A stretch of DNA of 64,000 nt from Anthoceros angustus (Eukaryota; Plantae; Anthocerotophyta): the NCBI GenBank assembly GCA_010909165.1, contig MU008225.1, positions 1-64,000 of the forward strand, written 5' to 3'. Positions within the stretch are counted from its first letter, which is position 1. Each line of letters opens with the position of its first letter. Shown in pieces: positions 61,730 to 64,000 of the stretch. A model generated the notes under the pieces. The model saw nothing but the letters and a program-made list of their open reading frames with translations, did no database searches and had not been told where the DNA came from. The position numbers were made by a program, and so were the translations under genes.

Positions 61730-63900
61730 AGTCCTTCACGTTCTAATCTCCTCCTTCCACGCATACCACGTCGCCTCTAGCTCGCCCACCAGCAGCCCCG
61801 GCGTTGTTCCATCCACAAATCCAGTTTCTCCCGCTTTGTCCATCTGCAAGTTTTGAGCTGCTGACGTTTGCATGCTCCTCCTCCAACAACGTTCGGATTT
61901 CTTCCATTCCTGCTGGTCTAGCCTCGTGTCCAGGTCCAGCTCGTGCTCCCATGGCGACCTCCTGCCTGTTTGCACCCCATGGCCACCTCATGAGTGATTT
62001 CCCATGAATCGCCATTTCTTCTCTGCCGTTTTGCTCAAGCTTCTCATGGGATGCATCTCCTTCCTCGCCCTCTGGCGCACCTACCTCCCTAGGGCCTTCT
62101 CCTCCTCGGCCCCATGGCGCCTGGCTTGACCTCTAGGCCAGCCACGCCTTGTTCCATCTAGCTTGTTCACGGTGGATGTTGGTCTTTGTGGCCACAACCG
62201 CCTTCAACTCTCACAAAACTAGCTTCTCCACCGTCGTCTGCGGGCATCCCATGGGTCGTGGACTGTGCATCATCGCTGGTACACCATCTCCCGACCTTCT
62301 AGACTCATGTCTGGCCCTAGATCGCTCTAGCGATCTCCTTACATTGCTGCGGTTTTCGCAGCAATTTCCACAATCGACCGTGAATTGGTCGGCTCTCCTT
62401 CTTGCAATTCCCTGCAAGCATATCTTGAGGTGTGATTTCTCCACAATCCTCCTTCATACACATCACCATAGAGCCATCCTCGCTCCTCCTGGCTCTAGCG
62501 CAGACTCCTCGGCACACCATTTTTTGTGCCACTTCTCCTTCCTCCAAATTGTGATTTCTTGCAATTTCTCCATCATCCTTGCCACCATCGTGGCCTCCCT
62601 AACTCGCTTACCAGCAGACCCAGGGCGTCGTTGCCACGGCATGCTCAACCTCATTCACAAAACCGTTTCCTCCTGTTTGCCAATGCAAGTTTTTCGGCTT
62701 GCGGTCTGGCAGCTCCCTTCACCAAGTTCCGATTTCCTCCCCTTCTTGTTGGCCTAGCCTCATGTCCAGGTCAGATCGCGCTCCCATGGCGACCTCCTCG
62801 CCTTGCTGCACTTCCATGGTGAATTTTGGTGATTGCCCACAGATCGCCAACTCTCCCCGGTTTACGCTCAAACTTTTCATGAAGCGCATCTCCTCCTTCG
62901 CCCTCTGGCGTGTCCACCTCCCTAGGGCCTTCTCCTCCTCGCCTCGCACGGCTTATGACCTCGCCAAGTGGGGCGCCTTTTCTTTTTTGACCGGCGCTCC
63001 CATGTCCGTTTTGCTTCTTTCTTTTGCCAACGGCTGGCCTCCACTTGCAGCCTCCTGACTGCTCACCCTTGAGGAGCATTCCAGCCTCCTCCTCGCCCCT
63101 TGGCGCCCTTTTATCCTCTCGGTTTGGATTGTCTCGCCTTTCACACGCTCCTTCTTGCTCATTTGACCTCCTGGCAGCAAGGCTTGCTGATCAATCCTTA
63201 GGCCGTCTACAACATGCTCACGTCCTCCCCTTCACCCAGGCCGTGGCAACCAACTCCTCGTCGAAATCGGTCATCGTGGCCTCAAGTCGCTCTCCGGTTT
63301 CGATCGAAAAATGAAACTGCATTCTCATGCTCTTCCTGCACCTTCTTAAACTCTACCATCTCCTCTACACTTAGAAATCTTCACCACCTTACCACATTCT
63401 AGCTCTAATTTTCTATGACACATGGATCTACATGTGTTCCCTCTAACTCCTTCCTGCTTTCCCCAACTTTTATCAAGAAAGGTCATACCATAGGCCTTGC
63501 TTTTGAAGGCTACATCCTTGGTGGTGGTACTCTCTCCTCTATGTAATCATACAAAGACTCCTCCTCTTCCTTGAGTCCTCAACGGACCAGCGTGTGATGT
63601 GCATAGCTTAAGCCACAAAACCGGTTCAAAGATACAGCTCTCAAATCATCCCAATCCAATGGTGATGCCCATACGTGACTATACCCTGCTGGCCATGACC
63701 TCAAGTACTCTAGGAAAATTTGGAGACAATCCACCGAGACTTCCAAATTCGCATGAGTCACATGTTCAAAGTTTGCACAAAAGCCTCAGCATCTTCACCT
63801 CGTTGCTTCTCCCCAAATCTCCCATATTGCTGGCTGTGGGGTGGTGACTTCCACCACCTCCACTTCCTCCACTCATGGTTGAGGCGTCCACAAAGTGGGC
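61730..63900 (-). pseudogene. Gypsy gag-like remnant followed by a repetitive charged region
   Basis: EDAEAFVQT...LDWDDLRAV..NRF...EESLYDY (63540-63800). The block EVAMGAR.DLD.RL.QQE occurs at ~61910-61965 and ~62740-62800. No RT or RNase H motifs seen before integrase. Confidence 0.5.
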
Positions 63901-64000
63901 ACACCTCCCAGACTCCAATATCCGGCGTAAACAAATGCCTGCAAGCGGGATGTACTATACAGACTTGGGCACACAAGCGCCTCAGTCCTCTAACAAGCAA

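Overview
Plant (streptophyte) nuclear DNA, most likely a non-seed land plant (inferred from compact intron-containing genes and ~50% GC; not demonstrated). The window is mostly nested LTR-retrotransposon debris around a small gene island: the WD40 half of a WDR26/GID7 homologue (+, 32011-33440) and a PEX11A homologue (-, 34434-35156). Even these conserved genes have many 1-bp frameshifts, so the sequence probably has a high indel error rate and frameshifts alone do not prove pseudogenisation. Main results: (1) A full-length Ty1/Copia element (40949-47553, TSD GCTGT) splits an older retroelement polyprotein. Removing the Copia rejoins the flanks in frame, giving retropepsin -> DNMT3-like C5-cytosine methyltransferase -> Ty3/Gypsy pre-RT linker. 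(2) Several related Gypsy-type families have very long LTRs that each appear to contain a protein-coding unit, in some copies with its own TATA box. Examples are a TSD-bounded 4.9-kb solo LTR (9777-14663) and an 8.7-kb PPT-anchored LTR (52300-60965). (3) A degenerate beta-class N6-adenine/N4-cytosine methyltransferase-like coding remnant lies at ~26550-27330. No CRISPR array, tRNA or rRNA gene is supported.
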